From the IMG/VR virus record IMGVR_UViG_3300034374_010855, positions 6,280 to 70,279 of that record: a DNA stretch of 64,000 nt; one strand, 5' to 3'. This document shows, in pieces, positions 47,471 to 57,579 of this stretch. The notes beneath the pieces were generated by a model that saw only the letters and a program-made list of their open reading frames with translations, did not search any database and was not told the origin of the DNA. This DNA comes from a virus. A program made the translations under genes and the position numbers. The stretch's first letter is position 1; each line of letters starts with the position of its first letter.

Positions 47471-49336
47471 ATGGGAAAAGTAATCGGAATAGATTTAGGA
47501 ACCACAAATTCATGTGTTGCTGTAGTAGAAGGCAACGAACCTAAAGTTATCGTTAATGGTGAAGGTCAAAGAACAACACCATCTATTGTAGCTTTTAAAA
47601 ATAAAGGAGAAAGATTAGTTGGTGACCCAGCTAAAAGGCAAGCTGTAACTAATCCAGAAAAAACAATATACTCTGTAAAAAGATTTATGGGTAGTAAGTA
47701 CTCAGAAATTAAAAAAGAAGCTACTAAAATGCCTTATAAAGTATCAAAAATAGACAATGATGGTATTGGTATAGAAATAGAAGATACTAAGTATGTTCCA
47801 CAAGAAATTTCTGCTGTTGTATTACAAAATCTAAAGAAAACAGCTGAAGAGTATTTAGGTGAAACAGTTACAGATGCAGTAATTACAGTACCAGCTTACT
47901 TTAATGATTCACAAAGAAATGCTACTAAGGAAGCTGGAGAAATTGCAGGATTAAATGTCTTAAGAATTATTAATGAACCAACCGCAGCTTCATTAGCTTA
48001 TGGTTTAGAAGATGATAAGGATAAAAAAGTTGTTGTTTATGACTTGGGTGGTGGAACTTTTGATGTGTCAGTTCTGGAAATTGGAGATGGTGTATTTGAA
48101 GTTTTGTCCACAAACGGTGATACTCACTTAGGTGGTGATAATTTTGATGAAACCATAATGGACTGGGTTATGGATGAATTTAAATCACAAAATGGTATTG
48201 ATATTAGTAAAGATACTATGGCATTACAAAGAATTAAAGAGGCTTCTGAAAAAGCAAAAGTAGAATTGTCCTCATCCCCAAGTACTGAGATTAATCTACC
48301 TTACTTAACTGCTGATTCTACAGGACCTAAACATTTGGTTCTTACCTTATCACGTTCTAAATTTGAATCTATGGTTAAAGATTTGGTTGATAGAAGTATT
48401 AAACCATGTGAAAAAGCACTTAAAGATGCTAAATTAACAATAAACGATATTGATGATGTTATTTTGGTTGGAGGGTCAACTAGAATACCAATCATTCAAG
48501 AATCTGTAGAAAAATTCTTTAATAAAAAACCATCTAAAGGTGTTAATCCAGATGAGGTAGTTGCTATGGGAGCTGCAATTCAAGGAGGAGTTTTATCTGG
48601 TGATATAAATGATGTTGTCTTATTAGATGTTACACCATTATCTTTAGGTATCGAAACTATGGGTGGTGTTATGACTAAATTAATTGATGCTAATACTACA
48701 ATACCAGCGTCTAAGTCACAAGTATTTTCCACAGCTTCGGATAATCAACCATCAGTAGATATTCACGTATTACAAGGAGAACGTGCAATGGCTGTAGATA
48801 ACAGAACATTAGGAAGATTCCAATTAACAGACATTCCACCAGCCCCTAGAGGTATTCCACAAATTGAAGTAACTTTCGACATTGATGCTAATGGTATTAT
48901 AAATGTAAGTGCAAATGATAAAGGAACAGGAAAATCACAGAAAATTAAGATTGAGTCTGGAAGTAGTTTATCTGATGAAGAAATAGAAAGAATGAAAATG
49001 GAAGCAAAAGAAAATTCAGCTAAAGATGAAGAAAAGAAAAACAAAATTCAAAAGTTGAATGAAGTTGATACTATGATTTTCCAAACTGAAAAACAGATGA
49101 AAGAGTTTGGTGATAAATTAAATGAAGATGACACAACTAAACTAAATAAGTGTTTGGATGAACTTAAAGAAGCTCACAAAAATGAAGACATGGATAATAT
49201 GTCAATGTTGTTGGAAAATTTAAATAAGGAATGGCAGACAATCTCAACTAAATTATATCAACAAACAGAAGGAACTCAAAATACTGAGAATAATCAAGAA
49301 GAAACTACGGATGTAGAATTTGAGGAGGTGAAATAA
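47471..49336 (+). CDS. dnaK: Molecular chaperone DnaK
   Basis: [34 protein letters not shown]-terminal DVEFEEVK; start revised to the ATG at 47471. Confidence 0.97.
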   Translation: MGKVIGIDLGTTNSCVAVVEGNEPKVIVNGEGQRTTPSIVAFKNKGERLVGDPAKRQAVTNPEKTIYSVKRFMGSKYSEIKKEATKMPYKVSKIDNDGIGIEIEDTKYVPQEISAVVLQNLKKTAEEYLGETVTDAVITVPAYFNDSQRNATKEAGEIAGLNVLRIINEPTAASLAYGLEDDKDKKVVVYDLGGGTFDVSVLEIGDGVFEVLSTNGDTHLGGDNFDETIMDWVMDEFKSQNGIDISKDTMALQRIKEASEKAKVELSSSPSTEINLPYLTADSTGPKHLVLTLSRSKFESMVKDLVDRSIKPCEKALKDAKLTINDIDDVILVGGSTRIPIIQESVEKFFNKKPSKGVNPDEVVAMGAAIQGGVLSGDINDVVLLDVTPLSLGIETMGGVMTKLIDANTTIPASKSQVFSTASDNQPSVDIHVLQGERAMAVDNRTLGRFQLTDIPPAPRGIPQIEVTFDIDANGIINVSANDKGTGKSQKIKIESGSSLSDEEIERMKMEAKENSAKDEEKKNKIQKLNEVDTMIFQTEKQMKEFGDKLNEDDTTKLNKCLDELKEAHKNEDMDNMSMLLENLNKEWQTISTKLYQQTEGTQNTENNQEETTDVEFEEVK

Positions 49337-49337
49337 T

Positions 49338-49583
49338 ATGGGAGTATTATCAGAAGTATACAGCGGTGATAGAATTATCAATCAATATAAATCATCAAAT
49401 ATAAAAGGTTCGATTTATAATAAAAAAACCAAATTACTCATAATTGAGTTTAATGGTGGCAGAAAATACGAGTACGAAGATGTTCCCGATGATGTAGCTG
49501 CTGGATTAAGAATAGCTAAAAGCCAAGGTGTTTATTTCAATAAAGAGATAACAAAAAAGTACAAATATAAATTACTTGATTAA
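49338..49583 (+). CDS. KTSC domain protein
   Basis: SSNIKGSIYN..LIIEFNGG..YEYEDVP..SQGVYFN. Confidence 0.88.
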   Translation: MGVLSEVYSGDRIINQYKSSNIKGSIYNKKTKLLIIEFNGGRKYEYEDVPDDVAAGLRIAKSQGVYFNKEITKKYKYKLLD

Positions 49584-49611
49584 CTTACGTTAAAGTGAAG
49601 TATTTATAGGT

Positions 49612-50376
49612 ATGAATCTAGCGGATAGAATTTTAAAAAGTTTTAATCAGAAAAAAAGTTTAAATCCCGAAATTTGGACCTTAGACAAAAATAAAAATTA
49701 TGTTCTAAGAAAAGAAGTTCGGGATAAACTTTTGCTTATAGCTAATGATTTCTTGGATTTCATAGATATTGATAATTTAGATTGTGACGTTGACACTAAA
49801 CAATGTGATATTGCTGATATTACAATAACTGGAAGTATTTGTAATTATAATTGGTCTAAATTTTCAGATATAGATTTACATTTATTAATTGATTATGAAT
49901 CAATTGATGAAAATGTGGATTTAGTTAAAAATATATTAAATACTAAAAAAAATCTTTGGAACGCTTCACATGATATCGAAGTTAAGGGTTATGAGGTTGA
50001 GGTATATGCTCAAGATATAGATGAAGTACACCATTCTACTGGTGTTTATTCTGTATTATACAATGAATGGATTGTAGAACCTAGTAAAACTAAAATAGAA
50101 GTAGATGTTGATAAAATATTAGAAAAATCACAAGGGTGGATGGAAATAATTGATTCCATTCATCATGAAGCATATCAAAAATCACCAAATGAAATATTAG
50201 AATTAATAGAAAAAATTAAAACAAAACTTAAAAAATTTAGAAGTAGTGGGTTAGAAGAAGGGGGTGAGTATTCTGACGAGAATCTAACCTTTAAATTTTT
50301 AAGAAGAAGTGGTTATATTAAAAAACTATTTGATTTAAAAAATAAAGTACTTGATTTGACTCTAAGTTTGGATTAG
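49612..50376 (+). CDS. Pol-beta-superfamily nucleotidyltransferase
   Basis: ITGS..SDIDLH, EVEVY; TATTTATA 3 nt before ATG. Confidence 0.8.
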   Translation: MNLADRILKSFNQKKSLNPEIWTLDKNKNYVLRKEVRDKLLLIANDFLDFIDIDNLDCDVDTKQCDIADITITGSICNYNWSKFSDIDLHLLIDYESIDENVDLVKNILNTKKNLWNASHDIEVKGYEVEVYAQDIDEVHHSTGVYSVLYNEWIVEPSKTKIEVDVDKILEKSQGWMEIIDSIHHEAYQKSPNEILELIEKIKTKLKKFRSSGLEEGGEYSDENLTFKFLRRSGYIKKLFDLKNKVLDLTLSLD

Positions 50377-50428
50377 AATAGTTTTTTTTCTATTGGAGTT
50401 AATATTTATATAAAAAAATAAATTTATT

Positions 50429-50785
50429 ATGGCAAATTACGCTGGATTATCTTTTGGAGAAGAATTGTATTGTGGAACGGGAATACAACCGTTTTTAAAT
50501 GGTGGTGGTGATTTAACAGGTAAAACTTGTACTTCTGTTGTTGCTACTGGTGGTAATGTAAGTGGTTTAACTATAAACGGAGCTACAGTTAACATTACTG
50601 ATGGTAATTCTTTAGATATAGTAATAAAGAATATCGGTGGTACATTAACAAACGCTTGTTTTACTTGTGATTGTAGAACTTGTTTAGACCCAGACGGTAA
50701 CGCACAAAGAGCAACATACAGTGGAAACACAATAAACCCATCTAGCCCTTATACATTAATCGGTATGGGTTATTTACAAAGTTAA
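50429..50785 (+). CDS. Gly/Thr/Cys-rich late (likely virion) protein
   Basis: TATTTATA at 50403-50410; composition. Confidence 0.65.
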   Translation: MANYAGLSFGEELYCGTGIQPFLNGGGDLTGKTCTSVVATGGNVSGLTINGATVNITDGNSLDIVIKNIGGTLTNACFTCDCRTCLDPDGNAQRATYSGNTINPSSPYTLIGMGYLQS

Positions 50786-50813
50786 AATAAAAAAAGAATT
50801 AAAATAACAAAAA

Positions 50814-52292
50814 ATGGCAGATTTAAAACCAATAGGGAGTGAAAAACTTCCATTAGATAAAAAACTCCAAAGAATAATGGAAATAGCTAATTATGGTATT
50901 ACAAAAAAAACCAAAGACCATAAAACAGCTTCATTAGAGTATAGTATAAAAGCAGCTGACGGAAACAGGTATGGAATTATCAGAGAAAATTCACAATACC
51001 TAATCTTAAAGGAAGGAAGTAAAGGATTTACATATCTTAATGGTATGAGAAACAATTCAAGATATACATTCAATTCTTATGCAGAAGCTTTAAAGAAACT
51101 TAATTTATTAATGAAACCTATTAATGAAAGTTATAATAATGGTAGACAATTAAATTTAATTGGGGAACAAGAGGAAGATAAAAAATTTGTACTTAAACAA
51201 CCAAAATCAGAAGAAGATGATACGGATTTAAGTATTTCAGATACTATGGATTTAGGAACTGGTGATGAAGAATTAGATGTTGATACCGATTTTGACATGG
51301 GTGGTGATACTGAAATTGAAATGGACACTGAAGTAGAAGGTGAAATGTCTGAAGATGATGATGATGCAACAAAAGCTATACAAAAATTAACTGGAAAGTT
51401 AGGTCAAAAGTTAAGAGAATTATCAGAACCAGAAATGACAGCTGACATTATTAAATACGTACTTAATTCAGTTATATCTGCTGTAGATTTAGAAAAGTTA
51501 ACTACAGATGATAGAGATGAAATTGTAAGTAAATTTGAAGATGAAGATGTTGATTATACTGAAGAAGGAGAATTTGATGTTGATTTATCTGGTGAAGAAG
51601 AATTAGATATGGGTGATGAAGAATTAGATTTAGAAACAGAATTGGCTGAAGAAATGATGGGTGATGATTATGAAGAAGAAACTAATGAAAATTTAGGAGC
51701 ACTAGCTAGAATGGCGGCAATTGGATTTGGACAAAGAGCTGCGGATAGAGTATTCAACGAAGAAAAAGAAATGGACGAAAATGCTTTTGTATTAGCTGCA
51801 GATGAAGCTAGAGACAAAGGTAAAAAAGTATTTGAATTTCCTAAAGGAAGTGGTAAAATGCATCCAGTAACTATTAAAACAGATATAGATGTTAATGAAG
51901 AAGATACATTAAATTTTAGTGGAGAAGTTGAGGATGTTGACGCTATTGATGCTGTAGCTGACATTTTCAATGAAAGTTTCGTTGGTAAAACACTTAAAAA
52001 ATACTTTGAACTTACACCTAGAGAAAAGAAACAAAAAAGATTACAAGAACAAAAAAGAAAACAAAGAATTAACTCATTTAAAGATAATTTTTTAAAAGAA
52101 AGTGTTAATCAAATAAAAAGAAATAGATTATTGGAATCTTCTTTTAGTTCTTATGAACAAGAAATTACAACTAAAAATTTCTTAAAAGAAAATAGAGAAT
52201 TTAATTTTATAGGTAAAAATAAAAGAGGTGGTTTAGTTTTTAAAAGAAATAATAATTTGGTAGAAATATCAACAACTGGTAGAATTATATAA
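50814..52292 (+). CDS. Acidic late protein (putative head/core component)
   Basis: D/E-rich; many x-x-E sites; upstream of terminase. Confidence 0.7.
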   Translation: MADLKPIGSEKLPLDKKLQRIMEIANYGITKKTKDHKTASLEYSIKAADGNRYGIIRENSQYLILKEGSKGFTYLNGMRNNSRYTFNSYAEALKKLNLLMKPINESYNNGRQLNLIGEQEEDKKFVLKQPKSEEDDTDLSISDTMDLGTGDEELDVDTDFDMGGDTEIEMDTEVEGEMSEDDDDATKAIQKLTGKLGQKLRELSEPEMTADIIKYVLNSVISAVDLEKLTTDDRDEIVSKFEDEDVDYTEEGEFDVDLSGEEELDMGDEELDLETELAEEMMGDDYEEETNENLGALARMAAIGFGQRAADRVFNEEKEMDENAFVLAADEARDKGKKVFEFPKGSGKMHPVTIKTDIDVNEEDTLNFSGEVEDVDAIDAVADIFNESFVGKTLKKYFELTPREKKQKRLQEQKRKQRINSFKDNFLKESVNQIKRNRLLESSFSSYEQEITTKNFLKENREFNFIGKNKRGGLVFKRNNNLVEISTTGRII

Positions 52293-52293
52293 T

Positions 52294-52698
52294 ATGAAAT
52301 TAGTATACATTAATGGTTTAGGTTCTAACTTTAGAGGTAACTACGTATACGAATTTATATTTTCTTCAAACTTAACAGATATTTGGGGACCAGATTGGGA
52401 TTCTGTCCCAGCACTTGGAAAACCACTACCACCTGATATTGAGTACATTGAAAAAGTCGGTGTACTTTCAAAAGAAGGTTTAGAATTTGAATTAGTTCAA
52501 AATTCTGATTATTTTTCATTTACTGACGCTATTGATGATGTCATTGCTTTAGGTTGGGAAAAATATGATGAAGAAAATATGGATAGTTCTAGATTAGTTT
52601 TTAGATTTGGTGAAACTATAGAATCTGTTACTGACAAATTATATTCTAGAGATTTAATTTTAACTACAAATGAAACAGAAAAACATGAAAAAATTTAA
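52294..52698 (+). CDS. Hypothetical protein
   Basis: 134-aa ORF in the late operon. Confidence 0.75.
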   Translation: MKLVYINGLGSNFRGNYVYEFIFSSNLTDIWGPDWDSVPALGKPLPPDIEYIEKVGVLSKEGLEFELVQNSDYFSFTDAIDDVIALGWEKYDEENMDSSRLVFRFGETIESVTDKLYSRDLILTTNETEKHEKI

Positions 52699-54100
52699 TA
52701 AAATAGACACACTATCTAAATTAGTTAAAGAAGGGTTCAATATTGAAACCCTTTTAAAGTTTGATGACAGACAGTTACAAGCTTTGAGTAGTAAAGTTTT
52801 GGGTGAACAAACAACAACTCAGTCAACCACTACAACTTATGATTTAAAAAATCCTGGAGAAAAAGAATCTTTTATAGAAAAAGTTACATCTGATGTAGAT
52901 AATGCTGGAAATGTAGAAATTGATACAACAGGAGATACTGCAAAAGTAACTGAAATGAGTGAAGAAAAAGAATTAACTAAATTTAATGAACCCATACAAA
53001 CTTATATGAAAGGTGGTAAAGAAGTTCAAGTATTGGAAGATGGTGAATTAGATGAAGAAATTATGGATATGGGTGCTGGTGATTTTGATGACACATCATT
53101 TTACAACCCATACGCTGGAGGTTTTGATGATTCACAAGGTCCTATGGACTCTTATTATTCTACAGATAATAAAGGAAGATTTGTTCGTAGTGGAATGAAA
53201 GGTGACGCTGGAAGGTATAGTAGAAACGCTGATTACTTAGATACACCATCATTTAATAATCCAGACGCTAGAGGTTTTGACTCTTATGGACCAACAGATT
53301 CTTACGGTGGTAATGGTTGGGATGAAGGTGGATTTGCTGGTGAAATGAATGAATATGGAGCAAGAGAAGTTGACCCAAGACCAGCTTATCATTTTAAATC
53401 AGGAGGACCAAGAGGTCATAGTAGTGGTTTACACGAAGACGATGAATTAGTTCGTACACAAAAAGATGATGATGGTATGGATACAGACCAAGATGCACCA
53501 CAAGTAGGACCAGATAATAATTCAAAAGCTAATGATGGGATGGGAATGTTTGAACGTTATTTAACCAAAAAACAATTACTTGAAGTAGCTGTTTCTAAAA
53601 AACAATATAATTTTTATCAGTTAGTTAGAGATTGTAAAAAAAGTAAATATAAAAAATGTGGTGATGGAAGAAATGATAATGCTGTTCGTAAAGCAGCAAA
53701 AGAAATGACTATGAAACAAATTGAAGATTTTACAAGCACACCTAATCCAGAAAATTTACCTTTAGAAAAAAATGAACAAAGAATTACAGAACAGTGGTTA
53801 TTGAATTTAGTAGAAAAATATGAAAGACCTTATATGACTAAATCACAATTTTTGAAAACTTTAAATGAAATCGCTGTAAAAACAAAAGATGTTGAAATGG
53901 TAGATAATGACGTTGAAGTGATTGATAATGATGTTGAAGATGCTAAATATGAATTACCTTCATGGTTGGACTTTGATAGTTTATTTGTAAATACTACAAC
54001 AAAACCAGCACCAACTAAGACACCTACACCGACTAAAAAACCAGGTAGAAAGTCACCATATAAACCAAAACATAGACCAAAACCTAAAGCTCGTAAATAA
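52685..54100 (+). CDS. Acidic late protein with F-D-x-x-GP repeats and basic Pro-rich tail
   Basis: GFDDSQGPMDSY / GFDSYGPTDSY / HFKSGGP; start may be 52670 or 52685. Confidence 0.7.
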   Translation: MKKFNKIDTLSKLVKEGFNIETLLKFDDRQLQALSSKVLGEQTTTQSTTTTYDLKNPGEKESFIEKVTSDVDNAGNVEIDTTGDTAKVTEMSEEKELTKFNEPIQTYMKGGKEVQVLEDGELDEEIMDMGAGDFDDTSFYNPYAGGFDDSQGPMDSYYSTDNKGRFVRSGMKGDAGRYSRNADYLDTPSFNNPDARGFDSYGPTDSYGGNGWDEGGFAGEMNEYGAREVDPRPAYHFKSGGPRGHSSGLHEDDELVRTQKDDDGMDTDQDAPQVGPDNNSKANDGMGMFERYLTKKQLLEVAVSKKQYNFYQLVRDCKKSKYKKCGDGRNDNAVRKAAKEMTMKQIEDFTSTPNPENLPLEKNEQRITEQWLLNLVEKYERPYMTKSQFLKTLNEIAVKTKDVEMVDNDVEVIDNDVEDAKYELPSWLDFDSLFVNTTTKPAPTKTPTPTKKPGRKSPYKPKHRPKPKARK

Positions 54101-54110
54101 AATAACTAAG

Positions 54111-55487
54111 ATGAGTACAACTAATATGTGGAATAAAAAAAGAATACAAAGATTTAAAAAAAATTTACGTGAAGCACCAATAGATTATGGTGATAGACCA
54201 GAAAGAATGGACCCTAGTATTCAGAGAAAAATTGAATCTGGTGAATTTCCAGGTGCTGGTTCAGAAGCGTTTCCATCTGTAGACCCAAGTGGGATTCCTA
54301 GTAAATTTGAGGAATTAGTAGCTTCTGAAAGGTTTAAGTCTGTTGTTGATAAAGTTAAAACTTATACTGGATTAAGAAATGTTACCCCACAATCATTCAT
54401 GCAATTACAACAAATGATGATGGCGGCAACACAAAGAATATTACAATTAGAATCACAACATAAAGAAGAATTAGAAGAATTAGCTGTTAAAATAGTTAGA
54501 GAGGAAATGGCAATTCCAGAAGACGCTTTACAATTTGACGCTAAAATTGTCGGCATGGGTCAGATAGATATGTCTGGAATGCAGGGCCAATCACAAGAAC
54601 AACAAATGGACTCTGAAGAAGAGGCTATGGAAGAATTCGAAGATTTTGATTTGGAGAAACAAAAAAGACGGTTTTTAAACCAATTAATACAAGGAGCTTC
54701 TAAAAAAGGACATTACATGTTTCATTTAGTTGAGGATGAATTAAATAATATCGACCCAAATCTAATTAATTTATATGGGGTTATGATGTCAATAAATGAT
54801 TTGGTTTATTGGATTATGCCAGACCAAACAACAATGATGATGGCACAGAGTGGAAGTAGTATGGCTGGTAAAGAAGAAGTTGACCCAGACACTGACCCAC
54901 CAACTGTTATTGCTAGAGGTATAACTTTCCCAGTATTAGTTCACGAGTTAGTTAAAGGTGTTATGGAGGTATTGGCAACTCAGGGATTACCAGACGACCC
55001 AAATAAAGCTCAAAGAGTTATGGATTCTGAAGATACTTTAGTTGCTGAAGTTTGGGATTTAAGATTAGGTCCAGTTATTTGGGAAAAATTTAGAGAGTCA
55101 TATCCACATGAATTATTACAAGACGATAAAAGAGAAATTCAAAATTATTTATTTAGTGAGTTTGCTAGTATGGATGCTAAAGACATGTTTAGATTAGCTA
55201 AAAAAATTCTAAGTGGTGGAGAAGAAGGGAAAGAAGAATTAGAAAGGATGGTTAATGATATCATAGCTCAACTAAATGAAGAATCTTATGAGGATGAATA
55301 TTATGATGATGAAGGTGACACTATGTATGATGATGGTGGTGACGTATTAGGTACTCTAGATTTACCAAAAAATGATGGTGGTAAAGAATATAATATTGAC
55401 GATATATTAGATAAAATTGGTAGAAGTGGTATGTCATCTTTATCAAAAGGTGAATTAGAATTCCTTAGAAACCAATCAAAATCTTAG
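54111..55487 (+). CDS. Hypothetical late protein adjacent to terminase
   Basis: 458-aa ORF with FPVLVHELVKG..E..DLRLGP; function unknown. Confidence 0.75.
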   Translation: MSTTNMWNKKRIQRFKKNLREAPIDYGDRPERMDPSIQRKIESGEFPGAGSEAFPSVDPSGIPSKFEELVASERFKSVVDKVKTYTGLRNVTPQSFMQLQQMMMAATQRILQLESQHKEELEELAVKIVREEMAIPEDALQFDAKIVGMGQIDMSGMQGQSQEQQMDSEEEAMEEFEDFDLEKQKRRFLNQLIQGASKKGHYMFHLVEDELNNIDPNLINLYGVMMSINDLVYWIMPDQTTMMMAQSGSSMAGKEEVDPDTDPPTVIARGITFPVLVHELVKGVMEVLATQGLPDDPNKAQRVMDSEDTLVAEVWDLRLGPVIWEKFRESYPHELLQDDKREIQNYLFSEFASMDAKDMFRLAKKILSGGEEGKEELERMVNDIIAQLNEESYEDEYYDDEGDTMYDDGGDVLGTLDLPKNDGGKEYNIDDILDKIGRSGMSSLSKGELEFLRNQSKS

Positions 55488-55514
55488 TAAAATACATTTT
55501 AAATATTTATAAGT

Positions 55515-57239
55515 ATGGGAATGACTAAACAAGAACTCATACAAGAATATGTTAAGTGCCATGGTAACACACCATACGCACTTAAAACATATTTGCAAAC
55601 ATACGACAATACTCAACAAAAACATGTTCCTTTTGTGTTATTTCCAGAACAAAAGGAAATGATTGAGGACTTTGAAAATTACTCTGATAATATAGTTTTA
55701 AAATACAGACAAGCTGGTGTATCAACAGCAACAGCAGGATGGATATCAAAAAAACTACAATTTGCCTCAAAAGAATCTCCAGAAAAGATTTTGATTCTAG
55801 CAAATAAGTTAGATACAGCTACAGAAATGGCAAATAAAATTAAAGGTTTTTTAAGACAATGGCCTGATTGGATTAATGTTGGTTTTGATAAAGATAAAAA
55901 TTCACAAAAACATTATAAATTAAATAATGGTTCTGAAGTTAAAGCAGTCGCTACTTCAGTAGATGCTCTTAGGGGTTACACTCCCACTATATTAGTTTTT
56001 GATGAAGCTGCATATATAGAATCTGGTGGTGATTTATGGGCTGCTTGTATGGCATCTTTAGCTACAGGTGGTAAAGTAATAGTAATATCTACACCAAATG
56101 GGTTTGACCAAATTTATTATGAAGTATTTGACCAATCAATTAGAGGATTAAATAATTTTAAAATAAGTTATCTTAGTTGGTATTATGACCCTAGATTTAC
56201 AAAAGATTTGGGTTGGGTTAAAACTAAAGATATTGTACATTTCTTATTAAATAGAGATGAGTATAAAGAAGAAGATATAACATATAATTTAAAACAAGAT
56301 GAATATCAAACTTATTTAGACATGGGTTATAAACCTTTTTCTAGTTGGTTTGAGTCTATGTGTAAAAAATTAAAGTTTGATAGACGAAAGATATCACAAG
56401 AGTTAGAGTGTGCGTTCTTAGGTTCGGGTGACAACGTTATCAATAGTACAACTATGGAACAAATACAAGAACATATTTGTGAACCAATAGAAAAGTGGGT
56501 TGGTAATGGTTTATGGGTTTGGAAAGAACCAGTACCTGGTCACAAATATATTATGGGTATAGATGTTTCTAGGGGTGATAGTGAAGATTCTAGTGGTTTT
56601 ATCATTATAGATTTTGATGAAAGAGAACAAGTTGTAGAATATTTGGGTAAGATACCACCAGATATTGTTGCGGATTTAGCTAATAAATGGGCTAAAAAGT
56701 ATAGTTGTTTTGTGGTTATTGATATTACTGGTGGTATGGGAGTAGCTACATCTAGAAAAATGTTAGAATTAGGTTATAAAGATTTTTATTATGATGGTGT
56801 TAAAGCTGAAGAAATGTGGAAATTCAATCCAGATACTAAAACACCAGGTATAAACTTTAATAGTAAAAGAGCTCAAATAGTACAAGCTTTAGAAGAACAA
56901 TTAAGAACTGGATTTAAAATTAGGTCACAAAGATTGGTTAATGAATTAAAAACTTTTGTTTATATAAATGGTAGACCAGACCATATGAAAGGACATCATG
57001 ATGATTTAATTATGTCTTTAGGTATGGCACTTTATGTAGCACAAAATTCATTTACACAATTAAAAAAGAATGTGGAACAAGCTAAAGCGATGTTAGATGC
57101 GTGGATAAGTGATGAAAGAAAATTTAGACCGAATCAAGGTCAACCTGTTTTTAAACCAAGTAGAGCATCTAGTAATCCACTTCCACCATCTTCTAATGAC
57201 CCTAAAGACTATTTATGGATGTATACAGGATTAAAATAA
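55515..57239 (+). CDS. Terminase large subunit (T4 gp17-like)
   Basis: LKYRQAGVST, ILVFDEAAYI, ISTPNG, QELECAF, GIDVSRG, HDDLIMS. Confidence 0.95.
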   Translation: MGMTKQELIQEYVKCHGNTPYALKTYLQTYDNTQQKHVPFVLFPEQKEMIEDFENYSDNIVLKYRQAGVSTATAGWISKKLQFASKESPEKILILANKLDTATEMANKIKGFLRQWPDWINVGFDKDKNSQKHYKLNNGSEVKAVATSVDALRGYTPTILVFDEAAYIESGGDLWAACMASLATGGKVIVISTPNGFDQIYYEVFDQSIRGLNNFKISYLSWYYDPRFTKDLGWVKTKDIVHFLLNRDEYKEEDITYNLKQDEYQTYLDMGYKPFSSWFESMCKKLKFDRRKISQELECAFLGSGDNVINSTTMEQIQEHICEPIEKWVGNGLWVWKEPVPGHKYIMGIDVSRGDSEDSSGFIIIDFDEREQVVEYLGKIPPDIVADLANKWAKKYSCFVVIDITGGMGVATSRKMLELGYKDFYYDGVKAEEMWKFNPDTKTPGINFNSKRAQIVQALEEQLRTGFKIRSQRLVNELKTFVYINGRPDHMKGHHDDLIMSLGMALYVAQNSFTQLKKNVEQAKAMLDAWISDERKFRPNQGQPVFKPSRASSNPLPPSSNDPKDYLWMYTGLK

Positions 57240-57248
57240 TTTAGTAAA

Positions 57249-57539
57249 ATGGCAATAATAAAAAAAAGTGGATTTGGTTTTAGTGGTAGATACAGAAGTG
57301 GTAGACTACTAAGACAAGTTTTAGGTACTACAGTATATTCGTGGAAACCTACACCTACTGAATTTATGACCAAAAACAGTAATCTAGCACCTAAAGAACC
57401 AGAAGATGTTATTTGCTGTCAAACTTGTGATGGTGTTACTGTAGACAATTGTGTTACTTATGTTTATGGTGGTGTGTGTAAAGAAAATAAAGGGGTACCT
57501 ACAGAGGCAGCATATGTTGATTGTGATTATGTTGTTTAA
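57249..57539 (+). CDS. Small Cys-rich protein
   Basis: Basic N-half; CCQTC..C..C..C. Confidence 0.6.
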   Translation: MAIIKKSGFGFSGRYRSGRLLRQVLGTTVYSWKPTPTEFMTKNSNLAPKEPEDVICCQTCDGVTVDNCVTYVYGGVCKENKGVPTEAAYVDCDYVV

Positions 57540-57579
57540 AGGTTTACTAGAAAAAAAAATGTTGTAAAATTATATAGTT

